The notes under the pieces: model-generated
What the model saw: the letters and a program-made list of their open reading frames with translations, nothing else
Databases searched by the model: none
What the model was told of the DNA's origin: nothing
Translations under genes and position numbers: made by a program
In this document: one piece after another, positions 8,252 through 17,276 of the stretch
Position numbering within the stretch: position 1 is the first letter of the stretch
Layout: each line of letters opens with the position of its first letter
NCBI GenBank assembly: GCA_965660085.1
Contig: CBFHYV010000001.1
Coordinates: 1-55,134 of the forward strand
Length of the DNA: 55,134 nt
Direction: 5' to 3'
Source of the DNA: an uncultured Rhodobacteraceae bacterium
GTDB lineage: Bacteria; Pseudomonadota; Alphaproteobacteria; Rhodobacterales; Rhodobacteraceae

Positions 8252-11200
8252 TTACGCGATCTCGATGAATCCAGCGAGCTGCGTGAGCGAGATGCCCGAC
8301 TGGCCCTGCAGGGTCAGCGTATCGCCATTGTCGAAGTCCAGCACGAAATCCGCGCCAGACACGCTGCCCAGCTGCGTGACAACCTGACCGGAGGTGAGGC
8401 CAGAGACCCCCAGCGCGGCGCCATCCAACTCGATGATGTCCAGGAACCAATCCTCCACAACATCGGCCCCATCGTTGAACACGAAGGTATCGCGGCTGGT
8501 GCCGCCGCGCAGAGTGTCATCGCCCGCGCCGCCCTCCAGCCGGTCATTGTTGCCGCCGCCGTTGAGGTAATCATTCCCCGCGCCGGCGATCAGGGTATCG
8601 TTCTCCTCACGCCCGAACAGGCGGTTGTCGCCCGTATCGCCATAGAGCAGGTCGGCAAAGGCGCCGCCGGCCAGATCCTCGATGCTGTCATAGCTGTCGC
8701 CCGCAGCCTCGCCCGTGTTCAGGCTGGTGTCGGCAAGGCTCGCCACGATCGCTGTCAGGCTTTCGGAATACTGGGCGCGGTCGCGGTTTTCGCCGCCGAT
8801 CAGCACGTCCTGACCCACACCGCCGAACAGCACGTCATCGCCCACGCCACCTTCCAGCGTGTCATTGCCGCGCCGGCCGAAGATGTAATCAACGTTCGCC
8901 ATGCCCTGGATGCGGTTGTCTTCCAGCGTGCCGCGAAGGTTTTCAAAGCCTTGGGAGCCGATCAGATGTTCGATCCCTTCAAACGTGTCGCCCTGCGCCC
9001 AGAAGGTGTTGATCTGCGGGAACAGCAGATCCACCCGCAGCGACCCGCGCGACCCTTCGTAGGACACGGTGTCGATGCCATCGCCCCCGTTGAAGGCATC
9101 CGCCCCGGCGCCGCCGTTCAGCAGGTCATCGCCCACGCCGCCATCCAGGCTGTCATCGCCATCCTCACCCAGCAGCGAGTCATTGCCCGCGCCCCCAGCC
9201 AGCGTGTCATCGCCGCCAGCAGCCGCCACGAAGTCAGCGCCGTTGCCGCCGGTGATGGAATCCGCGTTGGCGAAGCTTTCCAGGATATCGACAAGATTGT
9301 CCGCATCCGGGCCAAGCGCGATGAAGTTGTCCAGCAGCGTTTCGGCATCGCGCGGCTCGTAGAAGGCATAGGCCTCCACCAGCTCGCCATCCAGGAACAG
9401 CTGCATGGCCGTCACATCGCCCTTCACATCGCCGCCGGTCGCGGGTGTGTTCTTCTCGAAATCCCCGTAGAGCTGGACGAAATAGCCGTTCCCGCTGTTG
9501 GTATCGAAGAAGGAGACGAAGTTCTCATCCGCACGAGAGACCGGGCCGTCCAGCTTGTCGCCCTGCGTGTCCGACATATCCAGCGTGATCGCCTTGTCCT
9601 CGGCGAACTGGCCGAAGGCCCCGGTGAAGTCATCGCCGATCTCGATGGTGCGGGACGCGGTGACCACGCCATCCTGCCCCACAGAGGTGTTGGACGGAGG
9701 CAATGTCAGCGCCCCGACCGTCAGGTTCGGCAGGCTGTAGTCATCGGCTTCGCTGTAATCGACCGTATAGCCAAGATCCTGCAACGCACCGACCGACACG
9801 ATGCTGATGGGCATTGGCGGTTCGGTTTCCGCGAAGGGCGTCATCAGTTCGGTGTCAAACACCTCTTCGGACCAGTGGCCGCTGTCGCTCAGCGGAACGC
9901 TGTTGCCCAGCCCGCCCAGCGCGTTGAAGGCGTTGATGCCGGCCTGGCCGATATAGGTATCGCCCGAGATCAGACCTTCGCGGGCCCAAAGCGTGCCAAT
10001 GCCCAGCACATGGCCCATTTCATGCTCGATCACCTCACCCAGGATGCCGCGTTCGACCATGTATTCCAGGTCGGCCACGTCGAATTCCATCATCCCGGTA
10101 AAGGGCGTGCCATCGGCGCGGATGCGGGTTGGCCCGGCCTGGCCCAGGATGTTGCCCGCGCCGTCAATGTCCACGACCGATGCGGAGATCAGCAGATCAT
10201 CCACCAGCACGCTGGACCGGCCGCTCATGGACAGGTTGACATAGCTGGTATCGGGCAGGTCTTCGGTGATGATGGCCTCCCATGCCGCGGCGGCGTCCTC
10301 GAAATAGGACAGGAAGCGGTCGTCGCCGTTGAAATCCAGCGTGATGTTGAAGCCTTCCTGCGGCGCCGGGGCCTCGGGTTCCGGCTCTGGCTGGTCGGCG
10401 GCTTCGGTGATGGCCAGCTCATAGGTGCCCACGCCGCTGTTATAGGCCCGGGCGGCAATGTAATGCGTGCCATCCTGCGCCGCGACAAAGGACGCGAAGC
10501 TGTTCAGCCCCTCGCCATCGTCATCATCCGTGGTGCCGGCCTGCAAACGGCCATTGGCATCATACACGCCCATCAGGAACGGATCGCGCAGCGACCCATT
10601 GCCCGTCCTGACGCCCAGCACATCGACCTCATATCGGGTGCCCGCCTCAAGCTCGACAGCGAACCAGTCCTCGTCATCGGCCACCTCGATCGCGCCGCCG
10701 GTGATCCCGCCCACGGCGATGCTGCCGGTGGTGGTGGTGTCGGCAGCAAAATCGTCGGCGTTGTCCACGCCTTCAAGCTGGGACACGTTGAGCGTATAGC
10801 TGCCGGTGCCATAGCCAAACGCCGCGGCAGAGATGAAGACTGTTCCAGTTTCTTGCGCGAAATAGGTCGTCAGACTGTTCAGACCCTGCCCGCCGTCATC
10901 GTCAAAACTGTCAGAGATCAGCGTGCCGGTGCTGTCATAAACGCCGCGCATATAGGGATCCACCAGGGTGCCGGCGTCGGTTTCCTCGCCCTCAAGGCTG
11001 ATGGAATAGGCACGGCCCGCCACGACATCCATCGCGAACCAGTCCCTGTCGCCCCCGGTCTCGATCCGGCCAAAGGCCGAGCCATCGATCACCGCAGCGC
11101 CCGTGGTGGTGATGTCATCGGCAAAATCATCCGCCACGACAAAGCCGGTTTCCGTCACGGTGACCTTGTAGGTGCCGGTGTGGTCGGCAAAGGCGCCTGC

Positions 11201-14200
11201 GGCGATATAGTAGGTATCGCTGGCCTCTGCGGTGAACTCCAACCGGCTGTTCAGCCCCTGCCCGCCATCATCATCCAGCGTATCGGCAATCAGGGTGCCG
11301 GTGCTGTCATAGAGGCCGCGCAGGTAGGTATCGCTGAGCGTCCCGGAATTGGTGGCCATGCCTTCCAGATCAATCCGGTAATCAAACCCCGCCACCAGAT
11401 CGACAGCGAACCAATCCGTATCACCCGCGGCTTCGATCTCACCAAACGTGGTGCCATCCACGGCAACCGCGCCGGTTGTTGCCGTGTCGGCGGCAAAGTC
11501 ATCTGTCTGCACAACCTCCGTCACCGTCAGGCTATAGGTGCCGGTTGCGGCGCCAAAGGCGGTGGCCCCTATGAAATAGGTGCCCTGTTCCGACGCGGTG
11601 AAGGTCGCGCGGCTGTTCAGCCCCGCGCCGCCATCATCATCCGCAGCGCCGACAAACAGACCGTTGGTATCATAGACACCGGTCAACAGCGGGTCATGCA
11701 GGCTGCCTTGGCCCGTCGGGTCGCCTTCAAGATCCAGGATCACCGTCTGGCCTGCGGTCAGATCCAGCGCGAACCAGTCTTCGTCATATTCCGTTTCAAT
11801 CACACCCACGGTGGAGGCGCCGACAGAGATGGAGCCCTGGGTGGCAACGGTGTTGTCATAGTCATCCGCGGCCCCGGCCACGGCCTCGACCGTCAGGGTA
11901 TAAGAGCCCGTGTTGGCGCCAAATGCCCCGGCAGAGATGTAATACTGGCCGCCTTCGGTCGGGGTGAAGCTGACAAGGCTGTTGAGGTAATCGCCGCCAT
12001 CGTCATTCTGCGTGTCCGGCAAGAGGATGCCATTGGCATCGAAAATCCCGCGCAGATAAGGATCAACCAGCGTGCCGCCATCGCCGAAAGACCCAACCAG
12101 CGAGATGTCATACTGCACGCCGGCATCCAGGAACACGCCGAACCAGTCACGGTCATTTTCGGCCTCGATCACGCCGGTGACGCTCTGGTTGACGCCCATC
12201 TGCCCGGCAGAGTTCACGGTCTTGCCGTAATCATCGCTCAGCGACACATCGGTGAGGGTCATGGTATAGCTGCCAATACCCGACCCGAAGGCGCCTGCGG
12301 CGAAGTAATGCACGCCGCTTTGCTCGGCCGTGAATTCCAGCAGGCTGTTCAGCCCTTCGCCGCCGTCATCGTCAAATCCGCCGGGCAGTTCAACGCCATT
12401 GGCATCAAACACACCGCGCAGGAACGGGTCAGACAGTGTGCCGCCGCTGGTGGCAGAGCCTTCCAGGTGAATTTCATAGCTGCGGCCCGCCACAAGATCG
12501 GCGCCGAACCAGTCTGTGTCATGGGCTTCTTCAATCTCGCCCGTGGCAAAGCTACCGGCCTCGATCGTGCCTGCGGCCCCGACCGAAGATCCGAAATCAT
12601 CAATGACAGACTGTTCCTCGATCGCAACGGTATAGGTTCCGGTGTTAGACCCAAACGCCCCGGCCGAGATGAAATACAGACCCGAGCTGTCCGCCACAAA
12701 CTCCAGCTGGCTGTTCAGCCCCTGGCCGCCATCGTCATCCAGCGTGCCGGAAATCACCGCGCCGCTGGCATCGAAAATCCCGCGCAGATAGGGATCGCGC
12801 AGTGACCCGGCCCCCGTGCCCGCGCCTTCAAGGTCAATGGTATAGCTGCGGCCGCCTGTCAGGTTGACGGCGAACCAGTCCTCATCGCCCGCGGCCTCGA
12901 TCTCGCCCGTGCTGGAGCTGCCCACGGTCAGCGCCCCGCTGTTGGCGCCGGTCTGGCCGTAATCGTCCTGCACGGCATCCGGCACATCCACCGTCACATC
13001 CCGGACGGACAGCAGATAGGTGCCCGTGCTGCCGCCAAAAGCGCCGGCCTCCAGGTAATGCGTGCCAGAGAAATCGGCCGTGTATTCAAACCGGCTGTTC
13101 AGCCCCAGCCCGCCATCATCATTGGAGGAGTTGGGCAGCAGATCCCCGAAGACGTCATAGATGCCGCGGATGAACGGGTCAGACAGGGTGCCCACGTTTG
13201 TCGGCGCGCCCTGCAGGTCCAGCCGATAGGTGTTGCCGGCGTCGAATTCGATGGCGAACCAGTCGCGGTCGCCGCTCTCCTCGATGTCGCCCCGGGTGAA
13301 GCCGCCGACATTGACGGCACCGGACGACCCGGCGGACTCGCCAAAATCATCCCCGGTGCTTTCGTTGACGATGCTCAGCTCATAGCTGCCGATATTGCCG
13401 CCAAACGCACCGGCAGAGACATAGTGCAGACCGGATTGCTGGGCCGTGAACTGCAATTCACTGTCAAAACCCACGCCGCCGTCATCATCATAGGTGCCAA
13501 AGACCGGCGCGCCATCAAAGGTGAACACACCGTTCAGCAGCGGGTCGCGCAGGGTGCCGGCATCGGTATCCGCGCCGCGCAGACGCAGCGTGTAGACGTC
13601 GCCCTCTGCCAAGGTAACGGCAAACCAGTCGCTGTCGCCGAATTCCTCGATCACGCCGACGACCGCGCCATCCATCGGCAGGATGCCGGTGGTCGTCTCA
13701 TCACCCGCGAAATCGTCCTGGTTCTCTTCCTGGTCCACGGTGATCGTGTAGCTGCCCGTGCCCGAACCGAAGGCTCCGGCGGAGATGTAGACAAGCCCGG
13801 TTTCCTCTGCGGTGAATTCCAGCAGGCTGTTCAGCCCTTCGCCGCTGTCATCGTCCGAAAGACCGGCAATCGGGCTGCCGAAACCGTCAAACAGGCCCCG
13901 GATGAAAGGATCACCCAGCGTGCCGGCACCCGTCTCCGCGCCCTCAAGGGACACGGTATAGGTCGCCCCGGCATCGACGAACAAGGCAAACCAGTCACGG
14001 TCCCCGGCGTCTTCGATGGTGCCAAAGGCGCTGCTGCCGGGGCCGGTGAGGTCAAAGCTGGCCGTCTGCACGGTCTCTCCAAAATCGTCAGGCGAAACGG
14101 GATCCGGCAGGTCAGGCGTCAGATCGGTGATCGACAGCGTATAGCTGCCCGTTGCCCCGCCGAAGGCCCCGGCGGAGATATAGTGCACCCCATCCTCAAC

Positions 14201-16396
14201 AGCGGCAAAGCTGAGCTGACTGTTCAGTCCGAACCCGCCATCATCATTGGCGCTGTTGGGCTGAACCGCCCCGAAGGCGCCGAAGATCCCCCGCAGATAG
14301 GGGTCAGACAGCGTGCCCGCGCTGGTGGGCAGCCCTTCGAGGTCCAGCAGATATTCATGGCCGGCTTCCAGCGTGACGGCAAACCAGTCTTCGTCGCCGG
14401 CAAAATCAATCTCGCCACCGGCGCTGCCATCCATCGTCAGGGTGCCGGTTGTGGTGCTGTTGGCGGCATAGTCGTCCGACCCGGGCGTCGGGCCGAAATC
14501 ACCGGGATCGACAAACACGTTTGCCTGATCCACGCGCAGTTCATAATCGCCGGTATAGGTGCTGAAGGCGCCCGCGGAAATGTAGTAGAACCCGCTCTCG
14601 GTCGGGGTGAATTCCAGCTGGGCCGTCAGCCCCGCGCCGCCATCGTCATTGGCCGTGTTGGGCAACAGCGATCCGCTGGCGTCAAAAATCCCCCGGATGA
14701 AGGGATCAGACAGGGTGTCTTCGCCAAAGCTCGCCGCGCTTTGCGTGATGATATAGGTCGTCCCGGCAATCAGATAGGCTTCGAACCAGTCGCGGTCGCC
14801 GATCTCCTCGATGGAGCCGAAGGCGCCGATGCCCTCGCTGGTGTAGCCCGCCGTGAGTGTGGATTCGCCGAAATCGTCAAAGACATCCGGTGTTTCATCG
14901 ATCAGCTCCAGCGTATAGCTGCCCACCCGCGTGCTGAAGGCACCGGCCGAAATGTAATGCGTGCCAGAGCTTGTCGCGGTGAAGGACATCTCGGCGTTCA
15001 GGCCAAGCCCGCCGTCATCATCCAGCGTGCCCGGCAGGATCTGGCCGGTGCCGTCAAAGACACCGCGAATGTAAGGATCGCTCAGCGATCCGTCAGAGGT
15101 CTGCGAGCCGCGCAGCGATACCGTATAGGTGTGCCCTTCGATCAGGGCCGCGCGGAACCAGTCCTGGTCATCCGCGCGTTCGATGATGCCCGTTGTTACG
15201 CCATCCACGGGCACGGCGCCGGATGTTGCGATGGAGGCCGCGTAGTCATCCGTGGTGGGCAGCGGTTCTGGCGTCGGCTCCGGCGCCGGGGTCTGGTCCG
15301 TCAGCCGCATGGTGTAGGTGCCTGTCCCGGCGCTGAACGCCCCGGCGGAGATATAGTGCGTGCCAGATGTATCGGCGGTGAAGATCACCCGCGCGTTCAG
15401 GCCATCGCCGCTGTCATCATTGCTGGTGCCCGGCAGGATGTTGCCGAACGCGTCATGGATACCGCGCAGATAGGGGTCGCCCAGCGTGCCATCGCCATCA
15501 TGCGACCCGTCGAGTTCCAGCAGGTATTCATGCCCGGCGATCAGCGTTGCGCGGAACCAGTCCTCGTCATAGCTCTCCTCGATCTCGCCGAACGCGGTGC
15601 TGCCGACGGAAATGGTGCCGGTGGTCAGCGTATCCTGGCTGAAATCGTCCAGAACCGGGGCCGGGGTCACATCCACGATGTCCAGCGTGTACGTGCCCGT
15701 ATAGGAGGCATAGCCCCCCGCCGAGATGTAGTAATACCCGTCCTGGTCCGGCACATAGTTCAGATAGGCATCCAGACCCGGACCGCTATCATCATCGGTG
15801 CTGCCGGGCATCAGGGTGCCGTTGGCATTGTAGATGCCGCGCAGATAGGGGTCAGAGATCGTTCCACCGAACGTTTCCGTGCCACGCAGCGAAATATCGT
15901 AGATGCGCCCGCCTTCCAGAAACACGCCAAACCAGTCCTGGTCGCCGCTCTCCTCGATCTCGCCAGAGGCAAAACTGCCGACACTGGCAAACCCGGCGCT
16001 GAAGATGTTGTCGCCGAAATCGTCGGTGTCGGGGGTCAGGTCCGTCACGCTCAGGACATAGCTGCCCGTCCGGGTGCTGAAGGCGCCTGCGGAAATATAA
16101 TATGTGCTGGTCTGATCGGCGGTGAAATACAACAGGCTGTCCAGCCCGGAGCCGCCATCGTCATCCGTTGTGCCTGGCAGCTGTGCGCCGCTGCTGTCAT
16201 GGATGCCACGGATGTAAGGATCGCTCAGGCTCAAGCCCAGAAGCTCGACCTGGTATTGGTGCCCGGCCTCGAAGCTGATCTGAAACCAGTCCCGATCCCC
16301 CGATGTTTCGATCGTGCCGTTGGCGGTTGCCGTGTCGCCAAAAAACGGGGCCGCGCCGGTTGTGCCGAAAATGCTGCTACCAAAATCATCAGGCAT
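8252..16396 (-). CDS. Giant (2,714 aa) secreted multidomain protein: 16 PPC-like repeats, a leishmanolysin-like zinc metalloprotease domain and RTX calcium-binding repeats (probable T1SS substrate)
   Basis: Uninterrupted ORF with GGAG 7 nt upstream of ATG 16396. No N-terminal signal peptide. Domain evidence is given in the sub-features below. Confidence 0.9.
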   Translation of the reverse strand: MPDDFGSSIFGTTGAAPFFGDTATANGTIETSGDRDWFQISFEAGHQYQVELLGLSLSDPYIRGIHDSSGAQLPGTTDDDGGSGLDSLLYFTADQTSTYYISAGAFSTRTGSYVLSVTDLTPDTDDFGDNIFSAGFASVGSFASGEIEESGDQDWFGVFLEGGRIYDISLRGTETFGGTISDPYLRGIYNANGTLMPGSTDDDSGPGLDAYLNYVPDQDGYYYISAGGYASYTGTYTLDIVDVTPAPVLDDFSQDTLTTGTISVGSTAFGEIEESYDEDWFRATLIAGHEYLLELDGSHDGDGTLGDPYLRGIHDAFGNILPGTSNDDSGDGLNARVIFTADTSGTHYISAGAFSAGTGTYTMRLTDQTPAPEPTPEPLPTTDDYAASIATSGAVPVDGVTTGIIERADDQDWFRAALIEGHTYTVSLRGSQTSDGSLSDPYIRGVFDGTGQILPGTLDDDGGLGLNAEMSFTATSSGTHYISAGAFSTRVGSYTLELIDETPDVFDDFGESTLTAGYTSEGIGAFGSIEEIGDRDWFEAYLIAGTTYIITQSAASFGEDTLSDPFIRGIFDASGSLLPNTANDDGGAGLTAQLEFTPTESGFYYISAGAFSTYTGDYELRVDQANVFVDPGDFGPTPGSDDYAANSTTTGTLTMDGSAGGEIDFAGDEDWFAVTLEAGHEYLLDLEGLPTSAGTLSDPYLRGIFGAFGAVQPNSANDDGGFGLNSQLSFAAVEDGVHYISAGAFGGATGSYTLSITDLTPDLPDPVSPDDFGETVQTASFDLTGPGSSAFGTIEDAGDRDWFALFVDAGATYTVSLEGAETGAGTLGDPFIRGLFDGFGSPIAGLSDDDSGEGLNSLLEFTAEETGLVYISAGAFGSGTGSYTITVDQEENQDDFAGDETTTGILPMDGAVVGVIEEFGDSDWFAVTLAEGDVYTLRLRGADTDAGTLRDPLLNGVFTFDGAPVFGTYDDDGGVGFDSELQFTAQQSGLHYVSAGAFGGNIGSYELSIVNESTGDDFGESAGSSGAVNVGGFTRGDIEESGDRDWFAIEFDAGNTYRLDLQGAPTNVGTLSDPFIRGIYDVFGDLLPNSSNDDGGLGLNSRFEYTADFSGTHYLEAGAFGGSTGTYLLSVRDVTVDVPDAVQDDYGQTGANSGALTVGSSSTGEIEAAGDEDWFAVNLTGGRSYTIDLEGAGTGAGSLRDPYLRGIFDASGAVISGTLDDDGGQGLNSQLEFVADSSGLYFISAGAFGSNTGTYTVAIEEQSVIDDFGSSVGAAGTIEAGSFATGEIEEAHDTDWFGADLVAGRSYEIHLEGSATSGGTLSDPFLRGVFDANGVELPGGFDDDGGEGLNSLLEFTAEQSGVHYFAAGAFGSGIGSYTMTLTDVSLSDDYGKTVNSAGQMGVNQSVTGVIEAENDRDWFGVFLDAGVQYDISLVGSFGDGGTLVDPYLRGIFDANGILLPDTQNDDGGDYLNSLVSFTPTEGGQYYISAGAFGANTGSYTLTVEAVAGAADDYDNTVATQGSISVGASTVGVIETEYDEDWFALDLTAGQTVILDLEGDPTGQGSLHDPLLTGVYDTNGLFVGAADDDGGAGLNSRATFTASEQGTYFIGATAFGAATGTYSLTVTEVVQTDDFAADTATTGAVAVDGTTFGEIEAAGDTDWFAVDLVAGFDYRIDLEGMATNSGTLSDTYLRGLYDSTGTLIADTLDDDGGQGLNSRLEFTAEASDTYYIAAGAFADHTGTYKVTVTETGFVVADDFADDITTTGAAVIDGSAFGRIETGGDRDWFAMDVVAGRAYSISLEGEETDAGTLVDPYMRGVYDSTGTLISDSFDDDGGQGLNSLTTYFAQETGTVFISAAAFGYGTGSYTLNVSQLEGVDNADDFAADTTTTGSIAVGGITGGAIEVADDEDWFAVELEAGTRYEVDVLGVRTGNGSLRDPFLMGVYDANGRLQAGTTDDDDGEGLNSFASFVAAQDGTHYIAARAYNSGVGTYELAITEAADQPEPEPEAPAPQEGFNITLDFNGDDRFLSYFEDAAAAWEAIITEDLPDTSYVNLSMSGRSSVLVDDLLISASVVDIDGAGNILGQAGPTRIRADGTPFTGMMEFDVADLEYMVERGILGEVIEHEMGHVLGIGTLWAREGLISGDTYIGQAGINAFNALGGLGNSVPLSDSGHWSEEVFDTELMTPFAETEPPMPISIVSVGALQDLGYTVDYSEADDYSLPNLTVGALTLPPSNTSVGQDGVVTASRTIEIGDDFTGAFGQFAEDKAITLDMSDTQGDKLDGPVSRADENFVSFFDTNSGNGYFVQLYGDFEKNTPATGGDVKGDVTAMQLFLDGELVEAYAFYEPRDAETLLDNFIALGPDADNLVDILESFANADSITGGNGADFVAAAGGDDTLAGGAGNDSLLGEDGDDSLDGGVGDDLLNGGAGADAFNGGDGIDTVSYEGSRGSLRVDLLFPQINTFWAQGDTFEGIEHLIGSQGFENLRGTLEDNRIQGMANVDYIFGRRGNDTLEGGVGDDVLFGGVGQDVLIGGENRDRAQYSESLTAIVASLADTSLNTGEAAGDSYDSIEDLAGGAFADLLYGDTGDNRLFGREENDTLIAGAGNDYLNGGGNNDRLEGGAGDDTLRGGTSRDTFVFNDGADVVEDWFLDIIELDGAALGVSGLTSGQVVTQLGSVSGADFVLDFDNGDTLTLQGQSGISLTQLAGFIEIA
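8474..9254 (-). repeat. RTX nonapeptide (GGxGxDxL) calcium-binding repeat region, three blocks
   Basis: Block 1: GGNGADFVAAAGGDDTLAGGAGNDSLLGEDGDDSLDGGVGDDLLNGGAGADAFNGGDGID. Block 2: GRRGNDTLEGGVGDDVLFGGVGQDVLIGG. Block 3: GDTGDNRLFGREENDTLIAGAGNDYLNGGGNNDRLEGGAGDDTLRGG. These are followed by about 70 aa of acidic, non-repeat C-terminus (8252-8473), typical of a T1SS secretion signal. Confidence 0.85.
9750..10360 (-). other. Zinc metalloprotease domain, leishmanolysin (M8)-like
   Basis: HEMGH is encoded at 10010-10024. About 45 aa downstream lies SDSGHWSEEVFDTELMTPF, which resembles the M8 SHWE...ELM third-ligand/Met-turn region. Confidence 0.55.
10390..16396 (-). repeat. Array of 16 tandem ~125-aa (about 375-nt) PPC-like (pre-peptidase C-terminal type) modules
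   Basis: The D-W-F core occurs 16 times, from GDRDWFQISFEAGHQY at about 16283-16291 to DDEDWFAVELEAGTRY at about 10661-10669, with a mean spacing of about 375 nt. Each unit repeats GEIE..GD.DWF.V.L.AG..Y...L.G......GTLSDP(Y/F)(L/I)RG(I/V)(F/Y)D..G......DDDGG.GLNS.L.F.A...G.(Y/H)(Y/F)ISAGAF....G.Y.L.V. Confidence 0.8.
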
Positions 16397-16443
16397 CGGA
16401 ATGCTCCAGAAAATGAGGGATCATTTCTGAGCCTAGGCCGCAC

Positions 16444-16502
16444 CCTATACGTCTGACAATTTTTTTCTTGAAAGAGGTATCTGAACTATCAATTCGTATA
16501 GG
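16444..16502. promoter_or_regulatory. 8-bp inverted repeat bracketing an AT-rich core upstream of the giant gene
   Basis: CCTATACG (16444-16451) and CGTATAGG (16495-16502) flank 43 nt of AT-rich sequence. The element lies 48-106 nt upstream of the giant gene ATG, so it could be promoter/operator DNA or a 5-prime UTR hairpin. Confidence 0.3.
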
Positions 16503-16584
16503 CGGCGCCGCGCACTTTTCTGCGCGGGCGAACGCCCGCCAAAAACCTGCGGTCAAAACGGCTTGCCGGGCCAGAGCAGGCCTG

Positions 16585-16603
16585 TGCGGCATGACATGCC
16601 GCA
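16585..16603. promoter_or_regulatory. 19-bp perfect palindrome, candidate transcription-factor operator
   Basis: TGCGGCATG-A-CATGCCGCA lies about 190-207 nt upstream of the giant gene start and directly downstream of the response-regulator terminator. Confidence 0.3.
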
Positions 16604-16617
16604 GCGCGGCGCCCAAA

Positions 16618-16644
16618 CGAAAAACGGCAGGCCAAGGGCCTGCC
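16618..16644 (-). terminator. Rho-independent terminator of the response-regulator gene
   Basis: Minus strand reads GGCAGGCC-ctt-GGCCTGCC followed by GTTTTTCG. It begins 30 nt after the stop at 16674. Confidence 0.65.
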
Positions 16645-16673
16645 GATCAAAGCCGACGTGCGAATCCCTGAGG

Positions 16674-17276
16674 TCAGATCAGGCAGCGGTCCCGCGCGAT
16701 CATCGCGGCATGGGTGCGGTTGCGTGCGCCCAGCTTGCGGCTGAGCGTCTTGACATGCAGCTTCACCGTGACCTCCTGCAGGTCGTAATCGCGGGCGATT
16801 TCCTTGTTGGACTTGCCTTCGCAAATGCCTTTCAGCACGTCCAGCTCGCGCTTGGACAGCGGGCCCGTGACGTCCTCTTCGGTTTTCTGCATGAAATCGA
16901 AGGGCGCGTAGATCTCGCCCGCAGCCATGAACCGCGCCGCCGTCAACAAGGATTTTGCACCCAGCGTCTTGGGGATGAACCCCTGCGCCCCGGCCTTGAG
17001 CGCCGCGTCGGCAACCTCGCGTGTGGCAGAGCCGGACAGGATGGCGACGGGACGGTGATTGTTGGCCACCATCATCTGTTCCAGCCCGTCAAGGCCGTTC
17101 ATGCCCGGCATGTGGTAATCCAGAAGAACCAGATCGAAAGAGCCTGTATCCTCCGCCACTTTCACGGCCTCATCCAGCGAAGACACTGTCACGACCTCCG
17201 TGATGTCTTCACCCTTCAGAAAGGCCGCGATCGTGTCGCGGACCAGATCATGGTCGTCTGCCACCAGAATCCGCAT
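16674..17276 (-). CDS. Two-component response regulator, FixJ/NarL (LuxR-type HTH) family
   Basis: MRILVADDHDLVRD..., a phospho-acceptor context LLDYHMPGMNG, and a C-terminal LuxR HTH (LSKRELDVLKGICEGKSNKEIARDYDLQEVTVKLHVKTLSRKLG). Start trimmed from 17453 to ATG 17276. Confidence 0.9.
   Translation of the reverse strand: MRILVADDHDLVRDTIAAFLKGEDITEVVTVSSLDEAVKVAEDTGSFDLVLLDYHMPGMNGLDGLEQMMVANNHRPVAILSGSATREVADAALKAGAQGFIPKTLGAKSLLTAARFMAAGEIYAPFDFMQKTEEDVTGPLSKRELDVLKGICEGKSNKEIARDYDLQEVTVKLHVKTLSRKLGARNRTHAAMIARDRCLI

Noticed and set aside
10390-16396. The regular ~375-nt periodic repeat array could be mistaken for a CRISPR-like or satellite array
   Set aside because: The period is far too long and there is no repeat/spacer alternation. 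The whole array is one continuous reading frame with conserved protein motifs, so these are protein-domain repeats.
8231-16456. Two very long plus-strand ORFs (8231-12805, 1,524 aa; 13058-16456, 1,132 aa) antisense to the giant gene
   Set aside because: Their products are low-complexity and rich in R/A/G/I/Q, with no motifs. The sense strand is dominated by GAC/GGC/ACC/GCC codons whose complements cannot form stops. They are shadow ORFs of a high-GC repeat-rich gene.
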